Source: Tubulanus polymorphus
Taxonomy: Eukaryota; Animalia; Nemertea
Length of the DNA: 64,000 nucleotides
Assembly (NCBI RefSeq): GCF_964204645.1
Contig: NC_134035.1
Coordinates: 3,410,001 to 3,474,000, forward strand
Direction: 5' to 3'
Positions 1-12,600 of this stretch are shown in pieces. A program made the translations under genes and the position numbers. The notes under the pieces were generated by a model, which was not told the origin of the DNA, made no database searches, and saw only the letters and a list, made by a program, of their open reading frames with translations. Position 1 is the first letter of the stretch; the number at the start of each line of letters is the position of its first letter.

Positions 1-312
1 ATAAGCAAATTGTACCTTTAACTCAAATCATAGAGTCACTAACCCCTTCCAATGCAGACATTTTTTGCAATCATTCGATACAGTTTAAAATGGATTAAAA
101 ATCAATGTTTTAGGTCAACTGCCAGTCCTTTCTCATCCTAATAAGACTTATCAGGTATTTACCACCATAAACGGACTGAGCTAGGCCACCTGGTATGCTC
201 TCAAGTCAAGTTGAAATAGACATAAGTATTTCGTCATAGGCCAGAAAACCTACCCGTTATACACTACATTCAAGGGACAATAACAAAACCTTCGAAACTG
301 CGCGATACTTAC

Positions 313-1658
313 GATGATAGCATATTGTTTATGTATGAGTTTGTTGTGTACGAGTTCGGGGCCGCGCATGTCGATCAAACGCTTCGACATTTTCGGCACG
401 CGCATCGTCGCCGGATACTGAGGAACTTTCTCCAATATCTTCAAACGCCGTCGTTCCGGAAATTCCACGTCTACGTTCGGGAAAACGAGAGAAAACTAAA
501 TTCAGTACCAGGGTCCTTATGGAACAGTCATTCCTGGATATACAGGGTCCCTACAGATCAGTCATTCCTGGATATACAGGGTCCCTACAGACAGTCATTA
601 CAGAATTTAAGGACTTTTAAAGGAGAAACTTTCAAATTTTGGGAAGCGTCTGCATTGCGTTCGTGTTCTGTTACAGTAGACTCCTCCTAAATCAGTATGA
701 TTACTGTTTTTCTCAGTAAACCATTAATTCAGTGGAATCTGTGTGCAAGGCATAAGACGTCAATAAACTAGGCCTAAAACCTAAAAAGTTTCTAATTGTC
801 GATTTATCTAAATTCAAGGAGTTTCTGAAGGATTTTAAGACCTTACGATCAAATTCAAAGATATTCACGGACTTTGAAAAACGTTTGGTTTGGAAAAGAG
901 AATCAAGTTTCAAGGAATCGAGGTGTTGTAGGGACCCTGTGTACGGGTATCAAAAAAGGGACGCACTGAATTCACTTTATTTCTATTATTGTATGTTCGA
1001 TAGTACTTACGATCAAATTTGACGGGCGGTTTTAGATTCATCAGCGTCGCGCATGACACAGTCGTAGCACATCGGGGAATCTCTGTAAATAAATAATGGG
1101 AAATTAGAAATTTAGGCTGAAACAAAAACGGTCGCACGTAAAAACAGTCAAAGCAAATGGCATTCACGGCAAAACATAAAGAATAAGTTATATAAACATG
1201 ACCACAAATTTTGGCTAATTTATGTTTTTGACCGCAGTAGAAACTAGCCAACCACATTCTGGATCCTTTAGAAAAAGACGATATAAAATTCTCTGTGAGA
1301 GACGCAATTTTCAGAATTTGAGGGGATTTTGGGGGGCCAAGGGCTAAAACCCAGAATTTGAGGGATTTTGTACAGTCAAAAATGGATTATGGAATTTGAG
1401 GGGCTGTAGGAACCCCGCAGAAGCAGCCATTGGCAAAATAGCGAGTTAACAGGAATAATACTGCATTGGCAAAAAAATATCACCTGCCCTCCTAGTCCTA
1501 CTATCAAAAACCCAGAAACAAATAAAATCCAACAAGAAGACAGTTTACGAGCCCCTCCTGTGTTTTTACAACTGACCCAGCAACTTTCGCTGTATTGAAT
1601 CTATGTTTCTCCGCGAGCAGACGGCTAGTGGTCGCCTGATTATTGAGGACATCATCAT
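313..1658 (-). CDS. MRPL16: Mitochondrial ribosomal protein L16, first three coding exons (1577-1658, 1011-1082, 313-470); gene continues past the window start
   Basis: GT-AG junctions join in phase to give MMMSSIIRRPLAVCSRR...KPPVKFDHVEFPERRRLKILEKVPQYP...MRGPELVHNKLIHKQYAII. This matches the mitochondrial uL16 N-terminus and has an Arg/Ser-rich presequence. Confidence 0.88.
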
Positions 1659-2504
1659 TCTGTCGGATTTTATTAGTTAAATCTCCTGAGAAATGAATTT
1701 TTTTACTACAGCTAAATAAAATGACAAAATTGTTTCGCTGCGGCTGTATTGTTTTATGGTAGTCCTAAATAGCGACGAAAACCGACTCAATAAAATTAAA
1801 TAATAATTTTTGGCTGGCCGAGTCTAGAGACACATAAGGCGAAAACCGAGGTAAACTGGTACCATGTAATTTTTTAGGGGGAGGACTGCCAGAAATATGT
1901 GTAAGCAGTGACCCTAGGTGCCCCCTTGTTCAAACTGAACCTGGCGATCGATCCGCCCCTGTCTCAGTCTTGTCGAATCCAGTGAAGCCGATTAATATAG
2001 TAATGCTGATATTAAGAAAATGGTCTCTTTAAATTCCATTTCATTATTGAAGACTTATGATGGCAGGTCAATCATATTTTGATAGCAACTGGGTCTAGGG
2101 TCCTGACCGAGAGGCACTGTCGCAGGCCGAGAGCGGAGGCAGGGTCCAGGTTGCAGATTGTTCATGCATTAGTGGTCAGGAGTCTTGAAACGACGGATGT
2201 ACGACAACTCAACAGGTGGAAACTATAAAAGCATAGATTTTATTGAACAAGACTCATATTAATGTACTATGTATTTTGTATTGTGTATCATTTTGTCTCC
2301 TCTGTTTACATCACCAAGAATCTAGCTGAAACAAGTTAAGGAGCCGACGCTTTTGGACATTAGTTTTGTTCCATAGAACGTTGAAAATCGACAGATAAAT
2401 CGGCCCTGAAAAATAGAACGGGTTAATAAACACAGTAGTAAAATACATATATCTATAAATGTGTAACCGTAAGTTGTATGGAAACATCAAACTTGAAACC
2501 ATTG

Positions 2505-3455
2505 TTATTTGACTGAATTTCTGCAACGAATTTTCGTACAGAAATATTCCCGAATTTCTCGTCCCAGTAAAAGATATATGTAGAAATTTACCACATAGTT
2601 ACACTGATGGAACTGAGTGAAAATATCTAAGAGAAAATCTTTCTGTTCCGTAGAGATTGGCAGGTATGCGGTAACAGTGGTGGGAAGTGTAAATATTGCA
2701 AATGCGAGTGAAACTGTTACAAGCATTATTGTCGTACGTTTTGATTTTGTAGTTTTCTTGTCAGACGAAACTATTTTTGAACCCCTGTATAACTGGAATA
2801 TTATAACAGAATTTGATGTAACAATGAACGTTAAGGGTAATATAAAAGCGTGAATGACAATCGTGATGAAATATGTAAATTGGTAAAATAATTCATAGTA
2901 ACACCCGAAAGACTGGTCGGTAAAAAGCATCGACATTGTAGGTAGAAGATATATAACCAGTACATTCACTGAAGTTATCGTCAATATGGCAAATCTAGCG
3001 AATCTCGGTGTACATATCAACCGAGATGTGAACGGGAAGAGAACAACTGCCGCACGTTCTAGAGATACAGCTACGATTAACCAGGAACTATTACAGGATA
3101 CTATAGTTGTTACGAATTCGTAGATTTGACAACTGATCAGTGAATTCATCACAAATATAGGACCAGTTGCTACGTACAACAGAACAAACTGCAAAACGGG
3201 CATCAAACATAGATTGATGCTGAACATAAAATCACTGACTGATAAAACGATAAGATAGTTAGCGTAAGATAAACTCCTGAATCTGCGACTTAACATTATC
3301 AGGAAAGTAGCCGAATTTCCAAAGGCTCCAAACAGAAACAATATAGGCAGCATGACCAATGACAGCTTACGGTATATACCAGACCTGTTCACTATAGACA
3401 TGATGACAATGTAACTATTATAACTTCGACCAATTTGCATCTGAGATGAATTCAT
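2505..3455 (-). CDS. Intronless class A (rhodopsin-like) GPCR, orphan peptide-receptor-like
   Basis: 316-aa ORF with seven hydrophobic segments, GN in TM1, LSVSD in TM2, ERA at the DRY position and NFYIY at the NPxxY position. Confidence 0.9.
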   Translation of the reverse strand: MNSSQMQIGRSYNSYIVIMSIVNRSGIYRKLSLVMLPILFLFGAFGNSATFLIMLSRRFRSLSYANYLIVLSVSDFMFSINLCLMPVLQFVLLYVATGPIFVMNSLISCQIYEFVTTIVSCNSSWLIVAVSLERAAVVLFPFTSRLICTPRFARFAILTITSVNVLVIYLLPTMSMLFTDQSFGCYYELFYQFTYFITIVIHAFILPLTFIVTSNSVIIFQLYRGSKIVSSDKKTTKSKRTTIMLVTVSLAFAIFTLPTTVTAYLPISTEQKDFLLDIFTQFHQCNYVVNFYIYLLLGREIREYFCTKIRCRNSVK

Positions 3456-4145
3456 GATTCGCAGGATGAGGCACCGGCGTGAGCAAGTCTATTCTCTCTT
3501 GTATTGGAAAATGAATTTTGATCGAAAATTCACTAAGATTTATACAATGTCTTATTCATGAAGTTATTTTTCAATGTAAGTCATTGAAATATCATCATTT
3601 CGATGAAACCATCGCTTTGTCCACCGCATTTAAGAGAATTGATTTTCATTCACTATAAACAATGAACGAATTTCATTTAATTTCTCTTAAATCCAACACA
3701 ATCCACTCAGATTTATGACGGATATTGATGTGCAAAATAAAAAACGTAACTATTTTAGATACAATTTCCGAGTATGAATCAATATCGATATTTCAAGAAG
3801 GAGTCCTTCATCTAATATTATTAAATTTGTATATTGTTTATTGATTCTCTTATTAATTCTGTAATAATTCCATATGAGAAATAAATCGTATCATGTGATG
3901 TCATGCTATCATACTATATTTGAATACGTAGTATACATGTCGTGGGTTTAGATAAAGAATCAAGAATAAGTTGAAAAGTTGACTGTACGATTCATAGGGG
4001 ATTTCAATTATCGACCTCCTTATTTTGTAAAAAGATCGGCAGCTACTGGAAGCCAATGAATCGTTGAATTGAACTTTTAATTGGCCGATGGATTTAGAGT
4101 GGTAGTGTAATTTTCTGGCGATCTGCGCAAGGTAGATTTCAATGG

Positions 4146-5073
4146 TTATTTGACTGAATTTCTACAACAAATTTTCATACAGAAATATTCCCGAATTTCT
4201 CGTCCCAGTAAAAGATATATGTAGAAATTTATCACATAGTTACACTGGTGGAACTGAGTGAAAATATCTAAGAGAAAATCTTTCCGTTCCGTAGAGATTG
4301 GCTGATATACAGTAACAGTGTTTGGAAGTGTGAATATTGCAAATGCGAGTGAAACTGTTACAAGCATTATTGTTGTAGGTTTTGATTTTGTAGTTTTCTG
4401 ATCGGACGAAACTATTTCTGAACCTCTGAATAACTGAAATATAACAGAATTCGATGTAACAATCAACGTTAAAGGTATGATATAACAATGGATGACAATC
4501 ATGATAAAATATATGAATTGATCAAACAATTCATAGTAACACCCGAGAGACTGGTTGGAGAAATGTATCGATAGAATAGGTAGAAGAACCAGTACATTCA
4601 CTCCGGTTATTATCAATATAGTGAATCTAGCGAATCTCGGTGTACATATCAAACGAGCTGTGAACGGGAAGAGAACAACTGCCGCACGTTCTAGAGATAT
4701 AGCCACTATTAACCATGAACTATTACCCGATGCTAGCGCTGTTAGGGATTCGTATATTTGACAACTGAACAAATATAGGACCAGTTGCTACTTGCAAAAG
4801 AACAAACTGTAAAACCGGCATCAAACATAGATTGATACAGTACATAAAATCACTGACTGATAAAACGGTAAGGTAGTTAGCGTAATATAAACCTCTGAAC
4901 CTGCGACTTATCATTATCAGGAAAGTAGCCAAATTTCCAAAGGCCCCGAACAGAAACAAGACGAATAGAATGACCAGTGATAGCGTACGGTAGATACCAG
5001 ACCTGTTTGCCACAGACATGATGACAATGTAACTGTTATAACTTCGACCAATTTCCATCTGAGATGAATTCAT
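4146..5073 (-). pseudogene. Frameshifted tandem paralog of the GPCR at 2505-3455
   Basis: Colinear with copy 1 but lacks 14 nt (tcagtgaattcatc in copy 1) near 4768, which splits it into ORFs 4723-5073 and 4146-4772. It also has small in-frame deletions. Confidence 0.85.
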
Positions 5074-5806
5074 GATTCACGCCTGAACGGGGCACTGTCT
5101 CGTGTGATGCGGATGATAATTTCATCGTATTCGTACTATTTCAAATTCATTTTCCAACATTCACACGTAAACTTATCTTCATCCCGTCAATCAGATCCTT
5201 CGAGCAATTTGCAATTTGCATTTAAGTAAAATTCATAAGTGACAAGACGAAGAACTGTTTACGTGCGAGTGTTAGAAAATGAATATAGATGAAATAAATC
5301 GACAAATATATAGTAATGTCTTATTCGTGAAGCTATTTGGCGTTCAATTATACTACGATGAGTTTATCGTCCACGTTAACAGAAAATAAAGATCAATTTT
5401 CCACAGTATAGATTTAGCACAATTCACTCCGATTTATGAAAGTCTATTTATCAATGTGTGAAATCTAAAATATGTAACTTAATTGAGTTTAATTTTCGAT
5501 AACGACAGAATATCTCTGGTGACATATGTTCTATGGGTTATTAAATCAACTTACAATTGTAGAACTAGAACCAAACGAAATGCGTAAATTCAAGACCCAT
5601 AAGCCTCACCTCGATATGTTCGAAAATTACAGATCATGACACATTTGGGAGGGAACAATCTGACCAACCAGCATCTACTTGATATCGTTAAGGTGAAATA
5701 TGAAGGTATAGATGGACATTGTTTACATAGATTTTGTCAAAGCTTTCGACCGAGTACCTCACACCGACAATTATTAATGAAGGTGTGATGTGGCATATTT
5801 GATGAA

Positions 5807-5940
5807 AGGATAAAAACCCACTTTGTACAAGTAAAAGAATTAAAAATCGAGAATTTATTTCTAAAATGTAAAAACACGACGTTTCGATCTCACACTAGAG
5901 ATCATCGTCAGGTGTGATTGAGTGTGGTTATCGTACTAAC
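5807..5940 (-). mobile_element. Short non-autonomous hammerhead-bearing insertion (Penelope-like end, family A)
   Basis: Flanked by the 10-bp direct repeat atttgatgaa (5797-5806, 5941-5950); homologous to 29437-29689. Confidence 0.75.
5874..5915 (-). ncRNA. Minimal type I hammerhead ribozyme motif (family A)
   Basis: Minus strand reads ACAC-CUGACGA-U-GAUCUC-UAGUGU-GAGAUC-GAAA-CG-UC-GUGU: 4-bp stem I, 6-bp stem II, full core and an ACGU palindrome. Confidence 0.8.
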
Positions 5941-6004
5941 ATTTGATGAAGTTTAATGATAATTGGTCACAAATTTTCTAACAACGAGGTTAGTTGTTAA
6001 TGGC

Positions 6005-6190
6005 CAGTGAAACTGTTATAAGCATTAATGTTGTACGCTTTGATTTTGCGGGTTTTTTTTATCAGAAGAAGCTATTTTTGAACCTCTGAATAAATGAAAT
6101 ATCATTGCAGAACAATCGACGCTAAAGGTAAAAGGTAATCGTGAATGGCGGCAAAAAAAGAATACATGAATTGGTCAGATAAATGATGGC
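6005..6190 (-). pseudogene. Third, heavily decayed GPCR copy (TM5-TM6 region)
   Basis: 6006-6112 aligns by eye with about 2706-2810 of copy 1; 6650-6790 resembles the upstream regions of copies 1 and 2. Confidence 0.7.
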
Positions 6191-6280
6191 AACATTATGT
6201 AGTTAATTATGGTGAATAGAAACTTATTATAAGATAATCAAAACATCATATGCTTTGTCACGTTTGTTTTGTGGTCATTC

Positions 6281-6318
6281 CACCTGATGATAGCTGTTAG
6301 TCAACAGCCGAAACGGTG
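6281..6318 (+). ncRNA. Degenerate hammerhead motif (family C)
   Basis: CAC-CUGAUGA-UA-GCUGUU-AGUC-AACAGC-C-GAAA-CG-GUG. The UH cleavage dinucleotide is missing and stem II closes on an A-C mismatch. Confidence 0.55.
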
Positions 6319-7238
6319 AGGTTTCATTTTGATAAATTCATCGTGTAAAATTCTATTGTGGGACTCGTTCATTCATCTACAGTTGACATGGATTAGAATG
6401 TTTTATTTGACTACTAGCGTCTGGACAGCTGCGTGCTAAATATGTAACACAGTCAGTCAAATAAAACATTCTAATGTACTCAGTCACGTATTGGAAATAG
6501 AATTTAGATTGATCTAGAGCCATAGATGTATACATTGTCTTATTTGTGAAGCCAATGCATGTCATTTGTTATTCAATTAGTTTTGATACGATGAAATTGC
6601 TGACATTGCTGCTGACTGAGAATGCAAAATCAATTCTATGAAATCTAGCATAATTTACTCGGATTAGTGAATGCGTTATTGTATAAAATATATATATATG
6701 AAATCTACTAAATTGAGTGAAATTCTCGAACACAAATCGATATCAATGGTGAAATATCTATAGTAAAATATCCGAGCAGGTTATAAAACTGTTACGCTAA
6801 TCCTACGGAAGTGGAAGTTCCGAGTTCAGAACTTCCCCTCCCATCAGTTCATCGTAAATATATTTTTTTCACATCCGCCTAACCGAAGGTATTTTCTCAT
6901 GGTGATAATTTGACTGAATTTCTTAAAAAATACATTGTTTAATCAAGAAATGAAAAAAATAGCCGTTTGAAAATTCAGAATGATGACAAGGATGTTTGCT
7001 CGTAGGACACATGCATCTCATAGGCTGGCACCCAAGCATAACATGGTGAACGAGCTTTGAATGCAATGACCTAATGGCCTAAAATTTTATGATTGTGTAT
7101 TCAATGGAATTGTCTGTCCAAAAAGATACGTATAATATTGAACAATGACTGATCAAATATCTATGTACTGAGATTAGTATGAATATACATAGGATAATGT
7201 AAATGAAGTAAAGTAAGCGGCAGAGCATCGAGTATTGA

Positions 7239-7417
7239 TACAGCGGAACCTCGTTACAATTAACTTCACGGGACTTGTGAATCTGTTCGTTATAACCGAT
7301 AGTTCGTTATATCCGATATGAAAATAATTAAATTGTCTTACTTGGAACAATTTTTTATTTAAATATGCGATGAACCGTTGTATCCGGAGTTCGTTATAAC
7401 GAGGTTCCGATACAGTA
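7239..7417. mobile_element. Tc1/mariner (Tigger-like) MITE
   Basis: Starts TA-CAG; inverted repeats cggaacctcgtta (7244-7256) and taacgaggttccg (7397-7409); repeated internal ttcgttata. Confidence 0.7.
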
Positions 7418-9616
7418 ATAGTATTAGAACTTACTTTAAACCGGATCGGATCCGTGCTTTTCTTTTTGACCATTCGTACCCTATGGGGGCTTCGGGCTAA
7501 GATCCTACGGGCATGTCGTTCGGCTGCCTTCCTCGAGCTGTTTCCAATGTCAGATCCAAGCGAAAATTATAAATCCTTAGAAATTCCACATCGTCACCAC
7601 AAGGCAAACTTTCGACTGGAGAACTTGTATGTTGGAAAGGCCGTGGGTGATACGTTGATAGACAAGAGCCGGAGGCCATGGTTGTTTTATATATGATTCA
7701 AATGTTAAGTTCTCAGAAATACGTTTTGTTGAAATGATCATTGTATAGCGAGTTGGTGAACGAAGTCTATTGTCAGTTGAGATGTGAAGCGATTGGAATT
7801 GGGATCATGTGCGATGAAGCCAGACAGCCAAGTGCGGAAAAAGAGATGTCAATCGAAACGAACTTGTGAACGTCTCGCATAACGCATGGCAATTCTTTTT
7901 ATCAAATAAAAAACACATTTCGAACAAATAAATTCGGCGTTTCTTGCTAGGTGGGTTCAGCTGGAGGCACCAGTGTCTAAAGGGGTCATGTCCAGGGGAA
8001 CCTGTAAGATTTGTACGAGCCCATCAATCAACAGGTCGTGCATTTCAGTGTAGGAGTAAATGATGTGGCTTTTCTGGACGTATCAATCTGCCCTTTTTGG
8101 GATGTGGAAAGTCCTTCAAAATTGGCCTCTGGATCCGACGTACAAACAATCAGAAGTATTTCAGTTGCTGGACGGAGGTAAAAAGTCTTGGAAGATAAGG
8201 AAGAAATCCACGTCATCCCCAAACAAGAAAATTCGACGATCCGACTTTTATTTTCCAGTATTTTGATTTTTATTCGAGATTTCGTTGAGGAGAGCGCTAT
8301 CGTTTTACTGCATACACAATAATATACAATTGCAAATGATGACAGCGAAAACGAACACAAGTTTCATACAATAAACATTAGACACACGTACGACGCGCTG
8401 CTGTATAAATATCAGTGAAAAAAAAATACATTCACAATAAAACTCGACCCATGTTCATACATTATATTGTTGATCGATGAAGGGCTGGCGAGTTCCGATT
8501 AAAAAAAAAAAGTGCTTCCCTAGTTTTTTACGAAACGGCGAAAAAGTGCTCCCCTTATTTCATTTTACGATAAGCGCTTCCCTGATTTTTCTAAAATTTG
8601 TGAAGCACTTTTCACGGAAGCTCGTCAGCCCTACTTCGCGCAATCAGCGAGCGAGAATAACCGGCGAAATATTTTTCAGTTCAGGTTTGAACGCTGCAAT
8701 CAAATAGCGTATATGTAAACTTAACGGGATCGAGACTGCCCTCGATCCAGTTTCACGAAAAAGTTTACTGGAAATATTTGCAAATACTTCTTAGTAATGT
8801 AAGTTAATCATAAACTCGGCGCGATATTATTTTCCAGTCCCGAAGCGGTTAACGAGTCGGTGGTGCAGTTGACTGTATTTCTAGTTCTCAAATACACTAA
8901 CACATCACACTGGACGAGAAACTATCACTAACAATACGCAAAATTCATAATGTTTACATTAAAACAAAAAGAACAGAAAGCAAACCACGTAATCAGATGC
9001 GGTTCTGCGTTGGTTCATTTATTGCTTCGGCTGAAATTTGGTTCTGCGCATTGGTGGTTTATCCCGATGTGGTTCTGCGTGTTCGTTTATTTACTTCTCA
9101 CAGCCGGCGGAAACAAGTTGTTATTGTCCCGGCTCAAGTAAACGATCATATCTAAATATATATACCCATTTTTTAAACGGGTGTCTAAGGCTCTAGGGCT
9201 ATTAACAAGACCAAAGCTATGCTGCACCACGTTAAAGAATGGGCCTAACCTAAGGTAAAAAAAAAAAACATCTTCAAAATTATGTGCCCGGCCGAAGCCG
9301 CCCCTACTACACACCAGGCTTGCTTCTTCGATTCGTCACTAATTTTCGTCGATTAGCGCTATACGCAATATTTATTCATAATTTCATCGAGATCAACGGC
9401 GTTCTATACAAAAATCTCTTCGGCCAATCGTAAACTACGTACTAACGTTCGAGAACGAATCGGCGACATTTCGCAATCGACACCGCACCATTAATCGCTC
9501 GTTCATTCATAATTCATTATCGAAACGAAACGAAATCGAACACATCATGATTTCTTATATCGACTATATACAAAATATTAAGTAGAATGCAGCAACGGAT
9601 ATTCATCCGCACGTTT

Positions 9617-12600
9617 TCAACTAGTTGTCACATCGTCGACGCCTATAACTGGTCCCGGATCTAGTTCCTGAAATCGAGAGAAAAAACGCAATTTAGAATA
9701 TCTGCAAATATGAAGTTCGGCTCATGATGTCTAATGTTTAGAATAGTTTAGAGACGAGATCTTTGCGGGTTAACAACTTAATTTGACCCATGCGCTTTCG
9801 CTATTAATGTATTGAAGCTTCAATCACTTGATGAAGATACTATACATAGACCGGTCCCAGTTTGTCCGGGTTAAGCGAGATTTACCGTAGCTTGTTTTAC
9901 CGACCCGTTGACTTGACGCAGATACCAGCAGACGGATCCAGTTCTACAGTTCTGAGTTAACTACGAGTTAGAATTATTTAATTTTCAATGAGTTAACACT
10001 AGAGTCAAATCATAACTCACAACTGTGGAACTGGGTTTAGGGGATTTACAAATTTCCGAGGGTCTGTCATAGAAATCACTTATTGCGTTCGACCCTCAAT
10101 ACGGCGTTGTCACCTCAAAAAATCAGATGGCTACACGACCTCTATGTTTACTGTACGTACCTGTGGATTTTGATTTGATAAACCGAGAAGTTTCTGTACA
10201 GAAGCTGCTGTCGTCTGCTCAGCGACGCCATTAGCGCGCGCGTCGCCGTCGTTATCCGAACGCGAGATCGCCGTATCCTGAACCCCGAGCGCTGCCTCCT
10301 GGTGTTCTAAATGCAAACCGTTCGTCGTCGCGGTAGTCACGCCGGCGGTGGCCGCGGCCATAGTCACAACGTCGGTCAACGAACTCGACACCTGAACGGG
10401 AACCATATTTACGGCGGAGAAGTTTTCTAGCCGCGGGGCAGCGCTGACCGTATTGAGAGTGATGTTTTGTAACAGGTTTTGAGTAGTAGTCGCACCGCCC
10501 CCTCCGGTATTATTCAGAGATATGTTTTCGAGCTGCGCGGCGCCTGCGACTAGGTTCTGCTGAGTACTATTCACGGCGATGTTTTGCAGTCCGATGTTGA
10601 CGATGTTTTGCGTAGACGCCGAACCGAACGATATCGGCACCGCGCCCGCGCCGGTGTTTATCGTAATGTTTTGTACTGCGGCTCCGACGAGGTTTTGATT
10701 ATTATTCGCCTGTTCTCCATACGCTCCGACGTAGCGAATGTTCAGGTTTTCCCCAGTGGCGCCGCCTACAGCCGGTATCGAGTTAAAAAACGAAATGTTC
10801 GCGTTGTTCGTTAATTTATTCACGTCTGCTAAACTCGGCGACTGATTGACGAGCGTCTGCGACACAACGACACCCGTCTGCTGCTGCTGCGTCGCCAAAA
10901 TCGGAACTAGCACGGAATTCGTCTGCGCGACCGGCGTCGATACGAACGCGTTTGCCGCGACCGTTTGAAGCGGTAACGCCGCCTGATTGGAAGTGGCGAG
11001 CGATACGGCCTGCGATAGAACCTGCGGAGAGACGATCATCGCCGGCTGCTGCGGCTGCGGGTTCACGACCGCCGACGACGAACGCACGATCTGACCGGAC
11101 AGTTGACCGGTCACTCGGTTCTGAACGGTGATCACGCGAATCGGACTCAAACACGAAGACGCCGCCTGGTTCGTATTGACAACGTTCAATGCGGTGTTCA
11201 CTGCGGCGGTGTTCAATGAGGCGTTCACTCCGGTGGTGTTCAATCCGGCGTTCACGACGGGTATCGCCGACACCAACGGACTACCGGCGACGACACCTGT
11301 CACCGCGGAACTGACTGGTCTCGAACTCGCGACGATCGGATTAACGACGCTCGAACTCGGCGCAGGAATTCGATTCGGCGCGGTGGCGATACTCCTGGGC
11401 GCGACCGCCGGCTTCTTCGGCAAATTCGCGTTCGATATTTTGATCATCACTTTCAAGTTGCGCGCGATGATGTCTTTGATTTGTTCGTCTTTGAATACGA
11501 GCGTGCGTTTCAACGAATCGGGGTCCATGCCCGGTTTGGCGTGCACGGTAAGAATACCGTGCGGCGTTTGTAGCTGGTACGGCACGAGCTCGGCGTTCGC
11601 CGCCGCGCTCGACGTTGCCGTAGAACTCGCCGCCGCCGGTTTCGCCGCGTTCACCACCGGCGGTTTCGGTAACCGCGGCAACACCTCGTCCGCCGACGGA
11701 ACTTGTCCGCGTTTTACCGTCGTGCCGTTTTCGTCGTCGCTTTGACTGTCGTCGGCGGTGGAGCCACCTGGTGACCAGTTGTGTTGCTGAAAAAATCGCA
11801 TCGAATAGTGAGATTTTAATCGAGTGTAACTGGTCTTCTCTTAACCCTTTCAGTGCGGTGTATAAATCAGTGATGGATTTTGCTAGTACACCGCACTGCG
11901 GAAAATTGATTTAATTAGTAATTGATTATTATCTCCCTTGAAAGATGGCAGCACCTGTCAAACATTGTGAAATATTAGTAACTAACGATATACCGCGCCG
12001 CGGTGTAGACGCACTATAGTGCTATTCCCGTTATTCGACACACTAGGGTGGAATTTTTCAGAATTTTCAAATTATCTTCAGCACTATAAGGTAATAATTA
12101 GTCAGCACTGAAAGGGTTAATTCTTACTGAAAGAAAATCTTGAAGTAGACAATTTCTATGTAAGGGCATATTTTAACCCATTTACAAGTTTTCCATCTCT
12201 TGGTGAATCTGCGGCAGGTAAATGAATTCAAAATGTGTCAATTCACTCATTTTCATTGAATCAAGTATTCATAAGGAAACACGTGGTCGGTAGCATTATC
12301 CAAATTCCCAGAGTTTTCCAGGTTTTTGGTTAAATTTGTTAAATTCCCCGAGTTTTCTAGAGTTTTCTGACTCTTCGAGTTTTCTGAGTTTTCAATGTCA
12401 GTGGCCATCCTGCATGCCAGGATATAGCAGCCAGGAGTAGATTTAATGCAGGTAATCAATCAATCCACTGCCCGGAACCACTCTCCTTGGACATTCATTC
12501 ATATTCGTCATATTGTCCATCAAATAGCAGTGAACAGTGACTTAAAATTCAGATTGCAAAATCACATGAACGAAGTCTATAACAAATAACACCAGTGCAT

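Larger units (their letters stand above)
5640..6005 (+). mobile_element. Decayed CR1/L2-type non-LTR retrotransposon RT fragment, interrupted by the insertion at 5807-5940
   Basis: 5712-5762 translates MDIVYIDFVKAFDRVPH, the RT DFxKAFDxVPH motif; a VVNG-like remnant follows near 5993. Confidence 0.7.
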
